Below the pieces are notes generated by a model, which saw only the letters and a list, made by a program, of their open reading frames with translations, had not been told where the DNA came from and searched no databases. A stretch of 39,446 bases of DNA from Psammoneis japonica. Lineage: Eukaryota. Location of the stretch: NCBI GenBank assembly GCA_008632985.1, contig QPGO01000106.1, positions 248,001 through 287,446 of the forward strand, given 5' to 3'. Made by a program: the position numbers and the translations under genes. Positions 12,001 to 23,260 of this stretch are shown here, one piece after another. The stretch's first letter is position 1. Every line of letters begins with the position of its first letter.

Positions 12001-12627
12001 TTTGAGCCCATCACTCTTCTGCTTTGCATTTTTTATCAGCATGGGTGTTGTGCATTGCAGAGTCTGAGTTGGTCTCTTTGGTGTGGCACCAGGTGGCCCA
12101 ACTCAGCGCCCACCATAAAATAAATGTTATTGCAGAGCATGACTGAGCGTCGCGAAAAAAAAAAGAATCGACTTCTCATCCTGAAAAATCCTCCTCACGC
12201 AATCAAAACAACAACATCCATCACTGTTACACCATTCCCCCCACTTTCCAACTGAACCTATTTGTCTTTTCGCCTCTTGTATATTGATTGGTATGTCTCT
12301 GCGTGTTTTTGCTTTCAGATTGCGTGCCAGCGAACAGAAGATCGCTCTCGTTCCACTTTCTTTGTCGCTGGAAGCTCGAACACGTACAGGTTGGAGCGCA
12401 CACTCGACGTTCGAATGAAGTCGATGCCGATTCTTCTCTTCTTCTTGCGATATAAGTCTCACACCTCATTGTGCACAAATTGACTCTCTGACTCTGTCTG
12501 TCTCTTTCTCTGTGCCTCTCTCTATATGTTCGCTACTTTACTTTCGCTCGCATCTTGCATCCTCGCTTTCAAGAGAAAGAACGCACGTGACCTCACATAA
12601 ATCAAGTCAATCGGTGCTTATCACATA

Positions 12628-14250
12628 ATGAGTGCAATTGTTGATGCACTCAAAGACACCGTACGGGTCTGCATCGAGATCTACAATGTTTACAAGACGG
12701 TGAAAATCATGCCCGACTTGGCCCACAACCTCGTGGGCCGTGTAGAGTTGTTTGAGCCGCGACTCAACCAGCTTTTGAAAAACCCACCAAGACGATCAGA
12801 CCTCGTCGATCCTCTACCTCATGTTGAGAGAATGAGCGACGTCTTACATGAGACCAAGGAGTACTTGAACAAACTCAAGGACGACTCTTTCAAGAAGAAG
12901 TTTGTGAATCGTGCGTTCTATCGCAGTCTCCTGAACGAGTATGAGGAGCTCAACATGAAGCTCAACACGTGTCGTGATGATCTCAAGTTTGACTTTGAGT
13001 TTGACCTCGCAGCTGAAAGGAGCGCTTTTGAGAACGAAGCCAAGGGACTCCTGTTTTGCCTACTCGAGCATCAAGAAGATCACGGGCAAGAGCAGCGTGC
13101 CATCCGAGATACTCTTGCTGAAATCCTGCAGTTCCTTCAGGAGCACCTAGGTATGGGCCTTAACCGACACAACAGTCCTACTATTGAAGCTGCATCTGTC
13201 TTTGTGGATGAAAGTTATTCTACTGCGTCCACTTCGCAGTCGATAGTTTTGGAACAGATCGCTCTCGAATACGAAATCCCCCCGTCTAAGATTCATATCA
13301 GTGGTCAAGTCGTTGGAGAGGGCACTTTTGGTGTTGTCATCAAGGCAGTCTACATGAAAAAAGATATTGTCCTCAAGACACCACACAATGCCGATGACGA
13401 TATTTTGGAGGAGCTCATTAGTCAAGAACGATGCAGCAGCTCTGCCTATGTTGCGAGCGCCTTTGGATATACCCACGCCCCCAACGGTCTTCGTTCCATC
13501 GTTATTGAGTATGCACCATGTGGATCGCTTGCCAACCTCTTGCATGCCGCATCTGGAAACAATGGACAGCTTTCCGTCCAGTCCACTGCGCAGAACGACG
13601 ACAGGTGTCTCGAGGGTTTTCTTCCAGTCCACGGTATTCTCCAGATGCTTTACATGATTGCTCTTGGAATTGAATTCATACACCAACGCCGAATCATTCA
13701 TCGCGATATCAAGCCAGATAATATCCTTTTGGGCGATAACCTTATTCCTAAGCTGAGTGATTTCGGGTCTGCACGAAAGCTATCCAACAGTGCCACTCAC
13801 GCGACGGGGTCGCCTGCTGGGTCTATTTACTACATGGCCCCCGAAACACTCTCGGTTATGCAAGAAGGTGTGAAGGGCCATTATTCGTTCACGGTTGACC
13901 AGTACAGTTTTGGAGCGATCGTTACAGTCCTTTGTCACCGACTCTATGGAACTCTATACCGTGATCGGTCGCCACCCAAGACCGCCTGTCTACCGGAGGC
14001 GTTTCCCCAGTTGCTTGATGAAATAAAGGACAGATGTCTTGTGTCGAATCCTCGCGGTCGATATGGACGTGGTAGTACAAGGGAAGAATTGGTTTCGCGG
14101 GAGCTTGCAAAAATGTTAAGTCCCAAACTGGGACGGTCCGGTAATGCCGCACCGTTCCTTCCCCCCAAGACAGACTGTTTGGTTTTGACGTTGCTGCGAT
14201 TGCAAATGTCGCACGCATTTCCTTTGAAAACCGTAATCGTAAACGAGTGA
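12628..14250 (+). CDS. Protein kinase (TKL-like) with N-terminal MLKL/RPW8-like helical bundle; probably the 5' part of a longer gene
   Basis: Kinase motifs GEGTFGVV, VLK, HRDIKPDN, DFG, YYMAPE, DQYSFG and NPRGR are all present. The first ~130 aa are amphipathic helices (IEIYNVYKTVK...LVGRVELFEPRLNQL...LHETKEYLNKL...YEELNMKLNTCRDDL), resembling MLKL N-terminal-type domains. Confidence 0.85.
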   Translation: MSAIVDALKDTVRVCIEIYNVYKTVKIMPDLAHNLVGRVELFEPRLNQLLKNPPRRSDLVDPLPHVERMSDVLHETKEYLNKLKDDSFKKKFVNRAFYRSLLNEYEELNMKLNTCRDDLKFDFEFDLAAERSAFENEAKGLLFCLLEHQEDHGQEQRAIRDTLAEILQFLQEHLGMGLNRHNSPTIEAASVFVDESYSTASTSQSIVLEQIALEYEIPPSKIHISGQVVGEGTFGVVIKAVYMKKDIVLKTPHNADDDILEELISQERCSSSAYVASAFGYTHAPNGLRSIVIEYAPCGSLANLLHAASGNNGQLSVQSTAQNDDRCLEGFLPVHGILQMLYMIALGIEFIHQRRIIHRDIKPDNILLGDNLIPKLSDFGSARKLSNSATHATGSPAGSIYYMAPETLSVMQEGVKGHYSFTVDQYSFGAIVTVLCHRLYGTLYRDRSPPKTACLPEAFPQLLDEIKDRCLVSNPRGRYGRGSTREELVSRELAKMLSPKLGRSGNAAPFLPPKTDCLVLTLLRLQMSHAFPLKTVIVNE

Positions 14251-15995
14251 GTTCCAGCTTAAGTGCCTCACATTCGTCTTCACCACCGTCAGCTCCGGCG
14301 ATCGAGGAGGAAGATCCAGAAGAAGAAACAAGCGCGCCGAGCCGCACAAACACGTCGTCCTTGTCCTTCTCGTCCTCTCCCAGAAGTCAGACGGTCCCTT
14401 CATCATCCTTGGCAGCTCTTACGGAAGGAATCATAGTTTCGAGTTTGCCAATCGCAGATGAAGAAGCGGTGGCATCCATGTCTAGACAAGACAAGACAGA
14501 TAGTCTTTGTTCACAACACCCGATTCCCTTGGCACCTTTGATTGATGTCGCAGAAGAACACAGTAAGCGTCATCGTCGCAAACGCTTGGTTGTCTTGGGG
14601 GCTGCAGTGACAGTCGTTGTTGTGATCGTTGGAGCTGTTGTTGGAGTAATGTCAGGAGGTGGTGGAGGAGGCGGAAGTGCCACTCAACCTCCCACAGTTG
14701 CTCCCGCCACTCCCACTTCTACAGCATCTCCCACCACTGCTACTTCTACAGTTGCTCCTGCCACTCAAGCTCCTTCTACAATCATTACGTTTCCACGCGG
14801 TCCATGGAATCCCATTGGACAAGTCTTGCCCGGCAAAGCGGAAGATGATTATTTTGGCGAATCCTTGTCATTGTCCCGTGATGGTAATGTCATGGCCGTT
14901 GGAGCAGAGCAATCTTCCGATCCGGGCTATGTTGTTGCCAATCGATACAATAAAAACACCCAACAATGGATGCAAATTGGCCAAGAATTGATTGGACAAG
15001 ACGGCGGCGACGATTTTGGCCACTCTGTTTCGTTAAATGGCGACGGCACAATTCTTGCTGTTGGAGCACCTTTGAATGACAGTGGCGGGTTGGATGCCGG
15101 CAATGTACGAGTGTTTGAATACAACTCTGCATCTGATCGCTGGGATCAACTCGGTGGTGCTGTTCTTGGAAATAGCGCTGGTGATCAATTTGGCATTTCC
15201 GTGTCGCTCTCAGACGCGGGTGACATTCTTGCCGTGGGAGCGTGGCATGATTACACGGAAAATGGCTGGAATGCTGGATCTGTTCGATTGTTACAATACG
15301 ACCGCGGCTCCTCATCCTGGAAAAAACTCGGACAAACAATCATTGGCGAAGCTGATGAGGATGAATTTGGTTATTCCGTTTCCTTGAATGCACTGGGAAC
15401 CATAGTTGGCATTGGAATAACTGAAAAAGATTTGGGTGGAAACAATGCGGGTCAAGTGTCGGTGTATGAATACAAGTCTACATCGTCAAGATGGCATCTT
15501 TTAGGCGATCCAATCAATGGCCAAATCGCAGATTGTCGGTTTGGATGGTCGGTTTGTCTTGACGACAGCGGCTTGGTTGTGGCCGGAGGTGCACCTGGAA
15601 GCAACGCGAGAGTTTTGGTTTATTCGTACGACCGTTCGACATTGGAGTGGAATCAACGTGGCCAAACTCTCTTGACGCAACAGCCTGGCAATAATTTTGG
15701 ATGGTCAGTGTCGTTGAGTGGCAATGGAAATGTCTTGGCGGTCGGAAGTTTTAGTCATGACGTCAATGGATTAGATGCAGCGGGTCAAGTTCAAATCTTT
15801 CAGCACGACAGCAATGTAGACGAATGGATCCCAGTCGGAGATCCTTTGAATGGTGAGGCTCAAGGTGATAGATTTGGAACTTCCGTGTCCTTGTCGGCAG
15901 ACGGAAGTATCGTTGGAGTTGGTGCGAAGGAAGCTGATGTCAATGGCGTGGGTTCCGGTGGATCCGTGCAAGCATTCACAGTGAACAACAATTAA
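14145..15995 (+). CDS. Low-complexity linker, type II transmembrane helix, Thr/Pro stalk and seven FG-GAP (integrin-alpha-type beta-propeller) repeats; probably the 3' part of the kinase gene
   Basis: Frame open from 14145. KRHRRKR precedes LVVLGAAVTVVVVIVGAVVGV (~14586-14650). Seven repeats of D-x-FG-x-SVSL-x2-DG-x2-LAVGA. No ATG near the start of the frame. Confidence 0.85.
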   Translation, partial: CRTVPSPQDRLFGFDVAAIANVARISFENRNRKRVSSSLSASHSSSPPSAPAIEEEDPEEETSAPSRTNTSSLSFSSSPRSQTVPSSSLAALTEGIIVSSLPIADEEAVASMSRQDKTDSLCSQHPIPLAPLIDVAEEHSKRHRRKRLVVLGAAVTVVVVIVGAVVGVMSGGGGGGGSATQPPTVAPATPTSTASPTTATSTVAPATQAPSTIITFPRGPWNPIGQVLPGKAEDDYFGESLSLSRDGNVMAVGAEQSSDPGYVVANRYNKNTQQWMQIGQELIGQDGGDDFGHSVSLNGDGTILAVGAPLNDSGGLDAGNVRVFEYNSASDRWDQLGGAVLGNSAGDQFGISVSLSDAGDILAVGAWHDYTENGWNAGSVRLLQYDRGSSSWKKLGQTIIGEADEDEFGYSVSLNALGTIVGIGITEKDLGGNNAGQVSVYEYKSTSSRWHLLGDPINGQIADCRFGWSVCLDDSGLVVAGGAPGSNARVLVYSYDRSTLEWNQRGQTLLTQQPGNNFGWSVSLSGNGNVLAVGSFSHDVNGLDAAGQVQIFQHDSNVDEWIPVGDPLNGEAQGDRFGTSVSLSADGSIVGVGAKEADVNGVGSGGSVQAFTVNNN

Positions 15996-16029
15996 AACTA
16001 CCATTTTGATTTCAATTTTGCATTTCATC

Positions 16030-19000
16030 CTTTTGTGTCCAAAAAATCAACAAGTGAGTCCACCTGTCTCTCCTTTTTAGTTGTGCAAAATTCCCATCAC
16101 AAATCATTGGCTCGCCTTGCCCAGCACCTTGCTCGCTGAAAAATCTGTGAAGAGTGCCTGTTCAGCAGATGGTCATTGTGACTAAGACTCCAATGATGTC
16201 CAGTTTCAGGGTCCTGCTTGCTTCCTCCAATGGACGTGGTCTTTCATGTGTGTCACTTCTTTTTCATGGGCAGCTCTGCAGAGGGAAAGTGCCACCCCGG
16301 GCACATGAGTGTGCAGCCTGCATTGCTGGAGTTGGGTGCAGGTGGTTTTCACACCCAGTTGGGCAGCAATGGCAAGAAATTCTGTGTGCTCATTTTCCCA
16401 TGGGGGAGAATGCAAACTGCACATGCATTTTGTGTGGGGGCTGCGCAACTTGCCACATGGACACATTTTGGGAGAAAGTGTTGACCTCATTTGAGAATCT
16501 GATGTGTCCAGTCAAACACATTTGGACAACCTCCTTTGTGTGGCAGAGGGTGTGCAAGAAGATCACCCTGAAAAACTTGAGCTTGTCTCAAAGTGTGTGT
16601 GCACAGCATGAGGACAAAGTTGTGTTTTTTTGCCAGACCCAGCTGAAGTGCTTGGGTCCTTTGTTTGGTTGGGGCAGCACACAACTGTTGCCTTCATGAG
16701 GCCATCAAGCATGCCACAAAGCCGGGAAATGAGCGCAGCACATGGCAAACACCTTCTGAAGTGGGAGCGGGAATTTGTCAATGTTTGGTCAATTCCAGAC
16801 TTCATCAAACCATTTTTGACACTCACGCAGATGCTCCCAAATGTCAGCAGGTGGCAACAACATTTCAAAATGACAGACCTGTTGCGCTTTGTGGCAGAGA
16901 AAGCTCAACACAGCACACACAGCCAGTTTGCAAAAATCTTGCTCACAAGAAAGTGCTTGGCACCAAGAAGTGCACAATGTGCCAGAGGTGGACATGCAAA
17001 GGGCAAGGCCCTGAGAGGCAGTGAATTGAGCAGCAGCACAGTCCCTGGCTGCTGTTGCTGTTGCACCTGGAGGCTTGTCGCTGCCACCCAGCTTGCCTGT
17101 TGAGCACAATTTGGAGGTTGCCACAATGATGTTGGGCTGCTGCTGTCAGCTGCACAAAGCTTGCAATGTAGAAGCTGTGCAGCAGACATGACCTTGCTCT
17201 CTGCCAGCTTCAAATGCATTCAACCAGAGCAGCAGAAGGACAAGCACCTGTCATTGTGAGCAAAGGGCTCCATTGACTGTGTGCTCAACCCATGTGTTCT
17301 GCAACGGGAGAAAGTTGTTGCAGCAGCTGGCACACATCAAGAAGACAATGCCACCATGCCCCAGTCATTGCAGATTCCTTTGACTGAGTGGCGCCATGAG
17401 CAACTGTGTTGTCCCAGTGACACACTGACAAACATCCATTGCTTGGCACTTTTCTTGGCACAGTGTGTGATTTGTGGTGCACGTGGCATGTGCTGAGTGT
17501 GCAACATTTGTCTCAAAGGATGAAATGTCAGACACAACAACATGGGAAGCCACTGGAAAAGGCAGCTGAGACATGGCTCGTTGGGCAGGAAACCTGTGCA
17601 CAGGCATGGTGGGGCCCTGAAAAATCAAAAAACATGGAAAGGACACTCTGCAATTGTGGGCAGTTGCAATCATTGACCCCACAAAATGTGGGGGGCTGGC
17701 TCTGTTGTGCAGGCACTGCCAGAGTTGTCCACAGAAATGACAACAAAAAGCTTGTGCTCTCAGTGCAGCACACTGACAGACATGCACAGTTGCAACAAAT
17801 TGCACCCTGTCACCAGCAGCACACTCTGATGCTTGTTGTCCCAAGCCATGGAAAAGTGCGCAGCATTGTTTGTCCACTGTCCAACATTGCACAGCCCTGT
17901 TCAGGTGTGTCCAGGAAGCACAACTTCAGAAGGACGTGGCTCTCAACTTGGGCTCATTCAGAGGAATGCTTGGAGCTCCCATGTGCTGCGCGCACATTGT
18001 CTTGCCCCAGATGGCAGTGCAGCACAGCATGAAAACATTGCACGCCGGCACATGTGGTTGCCCATTTCATGCAATTGTGAAGGTGTGTGAATTGCCGGGG
18101 CTTTGGCACAGTGCAAAACCTGAACAAGTGAGAGTTTGGCATGACTCCATGTTTGCAAGACACCACAATTTCTTGGGAAGCAGATTGGCCTCACAATTTC
18201 AACAGAATGGCTTTTGGAGCTCAAAACTTTCTTGGCACAGCATCTCCTTGACAAGAGTGAACAAAAAGTTTGCTCAATGTTTTCATGTTGTGTGTTGGAA
18301 ATGTCATGTTGTCAGGGCAAGGAGAGCCACAATGTGGTCACAAATGCACACTGTGCATTGCTTGAGCCAACTTGCATTGAAACAAGTTTGTTGTTCCTTT
18401 TGCATTTCTGCAGGAAATTTCACCCTTTCAATTTTTTTCTCCCTTTGTCTGGACCCATGATGACAGGGGGGGGGGGGGTCACACAGCCTCCATGGTGGCT
18501 TTTTGTTGTGACAACATGGCCAATGGGGTCATGTTCACCTCTTCATCCTGCCAAAGACAAGCCTGCTAAATCCATTGATGCTCCTTTTCATGATGGCCTG
18601 GGTGTGAGAGCTGCTGTTGGCATGCAATTGTCATCTGTGAAGAAACTTTCTGCCTGCCTTGGATGCTCCCTTGGGCAGTCTCTTGATCATGCAAACATCA
18701 ATGGTGAAGAAGAAGAATCATCTGACCTCTTCTGCACTGGTGCTAAAGACGGTTCTGAAGAATTCTCTGATGACAAAGAAGAGTCTATTTTGGTTCTCCA
18801 TGGAATCAAGCAGCACAGAATGGCTGCCAGAGTTCATTCCCCTTGCATGGACAACAAGGCTGCCAAAGGTTTGCAGGTGTCAATTGACATGTGCACAAAA
18901 CTTGCCACATTGTGAATGTGTGCTTTTTCTGATCTGTGAAAGAAAGGCTGTTGAAGTTGGAGGCAACTCACTTGTTCACAAGCTCATCCACTCATGTTGC

Positions 19001-20150
19001 AAGGCTTGGCACCTGCCTGTCATTCATGAAAAGAAGGAGCCACCCAACAAACCCACAGCTGATGCTCCTGTCCCTCCCAAGGCTCTCACTGACCATGAGG
19101 TTGGTTCTCTGTGCTGTGAGAATCCAATGTGGCAAGCAAGTGCAGCCAAGGTTGCAGACAAGTTTGTGTCTTTTGGTCCAGAGCAAACAGAACAAACCAT
19201 GCAGTTAGCTCCAACTGTGATGCAATGACCCAAGTTGCACAAATGTTGGTGACTTGCAAGAACTGTGACACTCGCTGCAAACACTGGACACTCCAATGGG
19301 TCAAGTGTTGGAGTGGTGGCCATGCACCCTTGTTGCTCCACCCCAAGGCCCAGTCTGAGAAGTGCATTGGGGATCATTGAAAGAAGGAAGGTGCCTTCAG
19401 GTGCTGTTGCTGCAACACACCCATTGGGTTGGGAAGGAATGCAGGTGCCAACACAAGGTTTGGAAAGCAACACAATGAGCATGAGAAGTGTTCAAAACTC
19501 ACTGATTCCAAGCACATTGGCAATGCTTCCCATTCTTTTTGTCCATCCAAAGAAATCAGCACCAAGATGTGAAAGAGCAAATCAAGTTACAACAGAGAGG
19601 AGGATGGTGTGAGGATCTTGAGCTCATCACACTCTTTTGGTGGTCACACAGTGACACAGACACGTCACAAATTTGCTCACCTCAGAAGGCCCTGATGGCA
19701 TGTTCCAAAGCTCTTTGGTTCGAGTGTCCAAGAAATTGGCAATGGTTGGTCACTTGGCCAATCTCTGTTTTGGAGAAGACTCTCCAGGATTTGAAAGCTT
19801 TGGTTGGCTTCAGATTTGCTTGAACCAAAAACCAATGGCATCTCTCTGCAACTTTGAAAGCCACTGTCTCACAGGCATCATCCTCTTGTGCAAAGCTGTT
19901 GCAGATGTGTCAGTCAAGAAGAACAATGAGCTGCGTCAGTCTCAGCACCAAAAGAGGATGCACAACACACAACTTCTCAAACATCACTTGCCTTTTTCAC
20001 CAGATTCCAGTCCAGAGTTGTGGCACTCCAGAGAGCAATTGCCTTCTCCAGCCATGGAGTCCATCCTGTTCTTGCAGCAGCGACAACATCTGTGAGTCAT
20101 CCTTTGCAGTGATGAAGCATGGCACCCACTCTTGCTTTTCATGCCAATGA
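16030..20150. other. Heavily TpA/CpG-depleted block, probably a decayed large coding element (unidentified)
   Basis: Only a handful of TA dinucleotides in ~4 kb. ORF translations are Tyr-free and Cys/His/Gln-rich, with some protein-like remnants (e.g. EEEESSDLFCTGAKDGSEEFSDDKEESILVLHG). Family not recognised. Confidence 0.45.
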
Positions 20151-20324
20151 GAAGAAATGGCACTTTTGCCTGAACTCCATCCCTTTGCTGCACCTGGTTC
20201 TCTGTTGTTTCATCCTTCACCTCTCTGGTCTCAACTGGGTGCTGAGAGCTTCAGGACCTGATTTCCCAATGAGCAGTGCTGTTTGCACTGCATGTCACAA
20301 CCAATGCCCCCAGGAAACCAAACC

Positions 20325-20515
20325 AAGATGCACCTGAGACTGAGACTGCCAACACCCTTCCCAGAGCACAAGCCCTTCCCAACAAATCAACACACACAGT
20401 TTTGTTTCAAGCCTTTGTGAGAAACAGATGAGCAGTCCACAGAAGTGCAAGAAAGTGTGTGAGATGGACTGCACCCTTGTGTTGTGAGCTCCATTCCACC
20501 CATCCACGCAACCTT
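20325..20515 (+). repeat. Decayed mosaic of two fragments from the RING locus
   Basis: 20325-20446 matches 4970-5086 (cttcccaacaaatc...tttcaagcctttgtgagaaa). It is immediately followed by a match to 4486-4550 (gcaagaaagtgtg...gagctcc...acccatccacgcaa). Confidence 0.75.
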
Positions 20516-20839
20516 GCAAGTGAACAAACTGCCCACAGTTGCATGCTCTGGGGGCAAGACTAAAAGAAAGACTGCAACTTTGTGACACTGTTTTCTAGAA
20601 GTGAGAGTCATCCTGGAAGTCCAACTTGGCACACTGTCACCAAAGATGAAGCATGTGAAACCAAATGCAATTGCACACATGGCAAACTTGTCAGCCCCCT
20701 CAAGTCAATGAGACAGACATTGAGTTGGCTTGACCCAATTTACTCTCTGGCTGCATTCTGTCACTCCAGTGTGACAACGGAGCCCTGACAACCTGCCTCA
20801 AACCCATTGGGACAAGGGAACTGGATCCAGGCTGTTCAT

Positions 20840-21745
20840 CAGCCATCACAGACATTGTGAAGTGTCATCTCCACTGGACCATCTCATTTCGTGCCACCAC
20901 ACATGACTTCAGTTGTGACATCCACCAGATTGCATTCAAATTGGACATGCCCAGTGAGTGACTTGCCCATTGTCACTGACTCCCTGATGGCATGACAACA
21001 AATCAAGTTGGATTTTTTCTTCAAAGTCAATTCCGGACTTTGAGTGTTGTGGACAACTGACATGTTGCACCCACAAACATGTGACAGTCCTGCCAATGGC
21101 ACACCCATCATTCTTGACTTGTGCCTTGGACCACGCAAGGCTTCCATGTCCTGCTTCATGGCTGCAAACTTGGCCCCAAAGACCACATGACCAAGGCCAT
21201 GTTCACACAGCAGATGAAATGGCCGGTGCATGAGCGTCTCATTTTTTTGTCATTTGCATGATCCAAGTCAACAAACAAATGCAGATCCACCTCCAAACCA
21301 AGAAGTTCTGGTGCATTGGTTGGGACAGCTTTGTGCACTTCCCCACAGAATGGCTTCCAGTCACATTCCTTGAAGTCATCCACATCTGTTTCTGGACACA
21401 TCGGATCCAGCACCAGCCTGGCATTGTGTCTGGCCTTTGAGCATCTGCGCGCATGTGGACTGCCTCAAGATGTTCCTCTCTGGGCATTGTGAGGAACAAG
21501 GCAAGCATGGAAACCTCCACAATCTGGATCAGCCAAGCATGGCTTCCATCCAAAGTGATGCATGCAGGAGGGGGCAGGTCGTTCTGGAAGGATGCCCTTG
21601 CACTCTTCAAACCACAAAGCACACGCTTGACCATTGCACACTTCCCCAACAAGTTGGTGCCAAACTCTGGGCCCAGAGTTGCAGTGATCTTCTCACTGTC
21701 AGGTGCAGAGAGACACAGGCATTTTCAATTTCCGCAGTCTCAACC
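20840..21745 (-). mobile_element. Decayed Ty1/copia (CoDi-like) RT-RNase H remnant with internal deletion
   Basis: Peptides AEIENAC, KRVLCGLKSARASFQNDL (ALYGLKSAGASFRNHL), LFVDLDHANDKKMRRSCTG (FVDSDHAGDKxTRRSRTG), MEALRGPRHKSRMMGVP, NMSVVHNTQSPELTLKKKSNLICCHAIRESV. Conserved Tyr residues are replaced by Cys/His. Confidence 0.9.
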
Positions 21746-21759
21746 TCTGAGCCATGCCA

Positions 21760-23210
21760 CCTGCCTGGCTTTGTGTGTTGTGGCAGCGGCAGCAGCAGCA
21801 ACGCAACAAAAAAGGTCACATGAAACAATGTTGCAAACAAGGGGAATGCTCATTCTTGACAGCTGCAAGGTTTTTGGCCACACATTGAACTGCGACACTC
21901 ATGCACTGAAATCTGCTGTTGTTGGATTTGTCAGCATCATGGCCCACTTCTGCTCCTCTCTTCATCTCAAGGCGGGCTTTGTCTGCTGCTGGTGACCCCA
22001 CTGAGAAGGAAGCTGGTGCAAGGACATTCAGGGTGCTGTCACTGTGCCTCACAGTCTTTGTTGTTGTGCCACTGCTCAACAAGCATGGCCTCCTGTGATG
22101 AAAAAGCATGTCACCCAGGCAGCTCATTGGCTGTTGTTTGAACCCATTTTTTGTGCTCACCCCAATCTCTGCTTTCTGTCTCCAATCTGCTTTCTGTCTT
22201 CATCAATGTGGCTGTTGTGACATTGCGCACTGCAATGAGTCATCTTTGGCATGCCAGGATCTAAAACAGTCAGGTTGTCAACTTTTGCACTTGGCTGCTT
22301 CTTTCAAGCCCTCAAAGCTGGCTGCATCCTCAGAGGCTGCTTGGCTTTGCTTTCTGTGGGTCAGTCCTTGGCAGTTGGAGCCACACATGTGTGCGCACAC
22401 TGGACAACACATTGTGGATGGCTTTCTCAATGTTCCTCTCTTCATCCAGTGTGATTGTGGCCATGGCATTTCCTGATGACATGGGCTGCATGGTCAACAT
22501 CATCAACACATCACTTCCAGTTGTCCTGCCCTTTGGCTTTGCATCTCTGGTCAAGTGCAAGAACTTCAGCCCAGCCACAGTCATTTGGGTTGCAAGCAAA
22601 ATGACAACAGTCAAGAGAGATGGCCTCTTTGGTGGCTTGCAAGTGAAAGCATCACACCAGGGTCATGTGCCGTTGTCATTCTGTGGTGGAAATGTGGGTG
22701 ATTCCCAGTCTCATTCACGGATGTCATTTGGCAAAAAAGAAAGGACTGAACAATGTCAACTTTGCCATTTGGGGGGATCTGGCACCCTGTTCCATCAACT
22801 CAGTCATGCACCCCCATCACAGGTTGAGTGTCAACCAAGCCGACAAAATGTCCGTCAAGGATGCGGCGCTGGCCGTCGCCAAGACACGCAAAATTGAAGG
22901 AAACATTACATTTGACACCTCCAAGGCGGGGACGGCCAGTTCAAAAAGACGGCCTCCACAACAAGAAGCTCGGAGCTACGAGATTACGATTACTCAAAAC
23001 GGCATTCAGAATTCGGTCGATTACGAGACGGCGCGAAAGTAACAAAGAGTAGTTCGCGTAGAATTTTTTGGTCATTTTGAATTTTTCTTTTTCGTTTCGT
23101 AGGGCGTCCATGGATACAACGTGGTGTCTGCTGTGGCATTAAACAACAAACAACAAATCCATTGTCATCGGGCTTGCGGTGAAACGGAAGCAAGAGTTTT
23201 GGTTTGGCAC
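21760..23210. repeat. Relative of 7930-9680; includes the 3' end of an unknown + strand ORF ending at 23042
   Basis: Colinear blocks with 8050-8140 and 8700-9680. The portion after ~22830 keeps CG/TA and reads ...EARSYEITITQNGIQNSVDYETARK*. Confidence 0.65.
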
Positions 23211-23260
23211 ATGTGTGGAGATTATCGTGGCTCGGCGAAGACCACCTTGGTAAATCCATG

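Noticed and set aside
14155..14170. Programmed -1 ribosomal frameshift
   Set aside because: No canonical X XXY YYZ heptamer in the kinase frame. An indel or intron is simpler.
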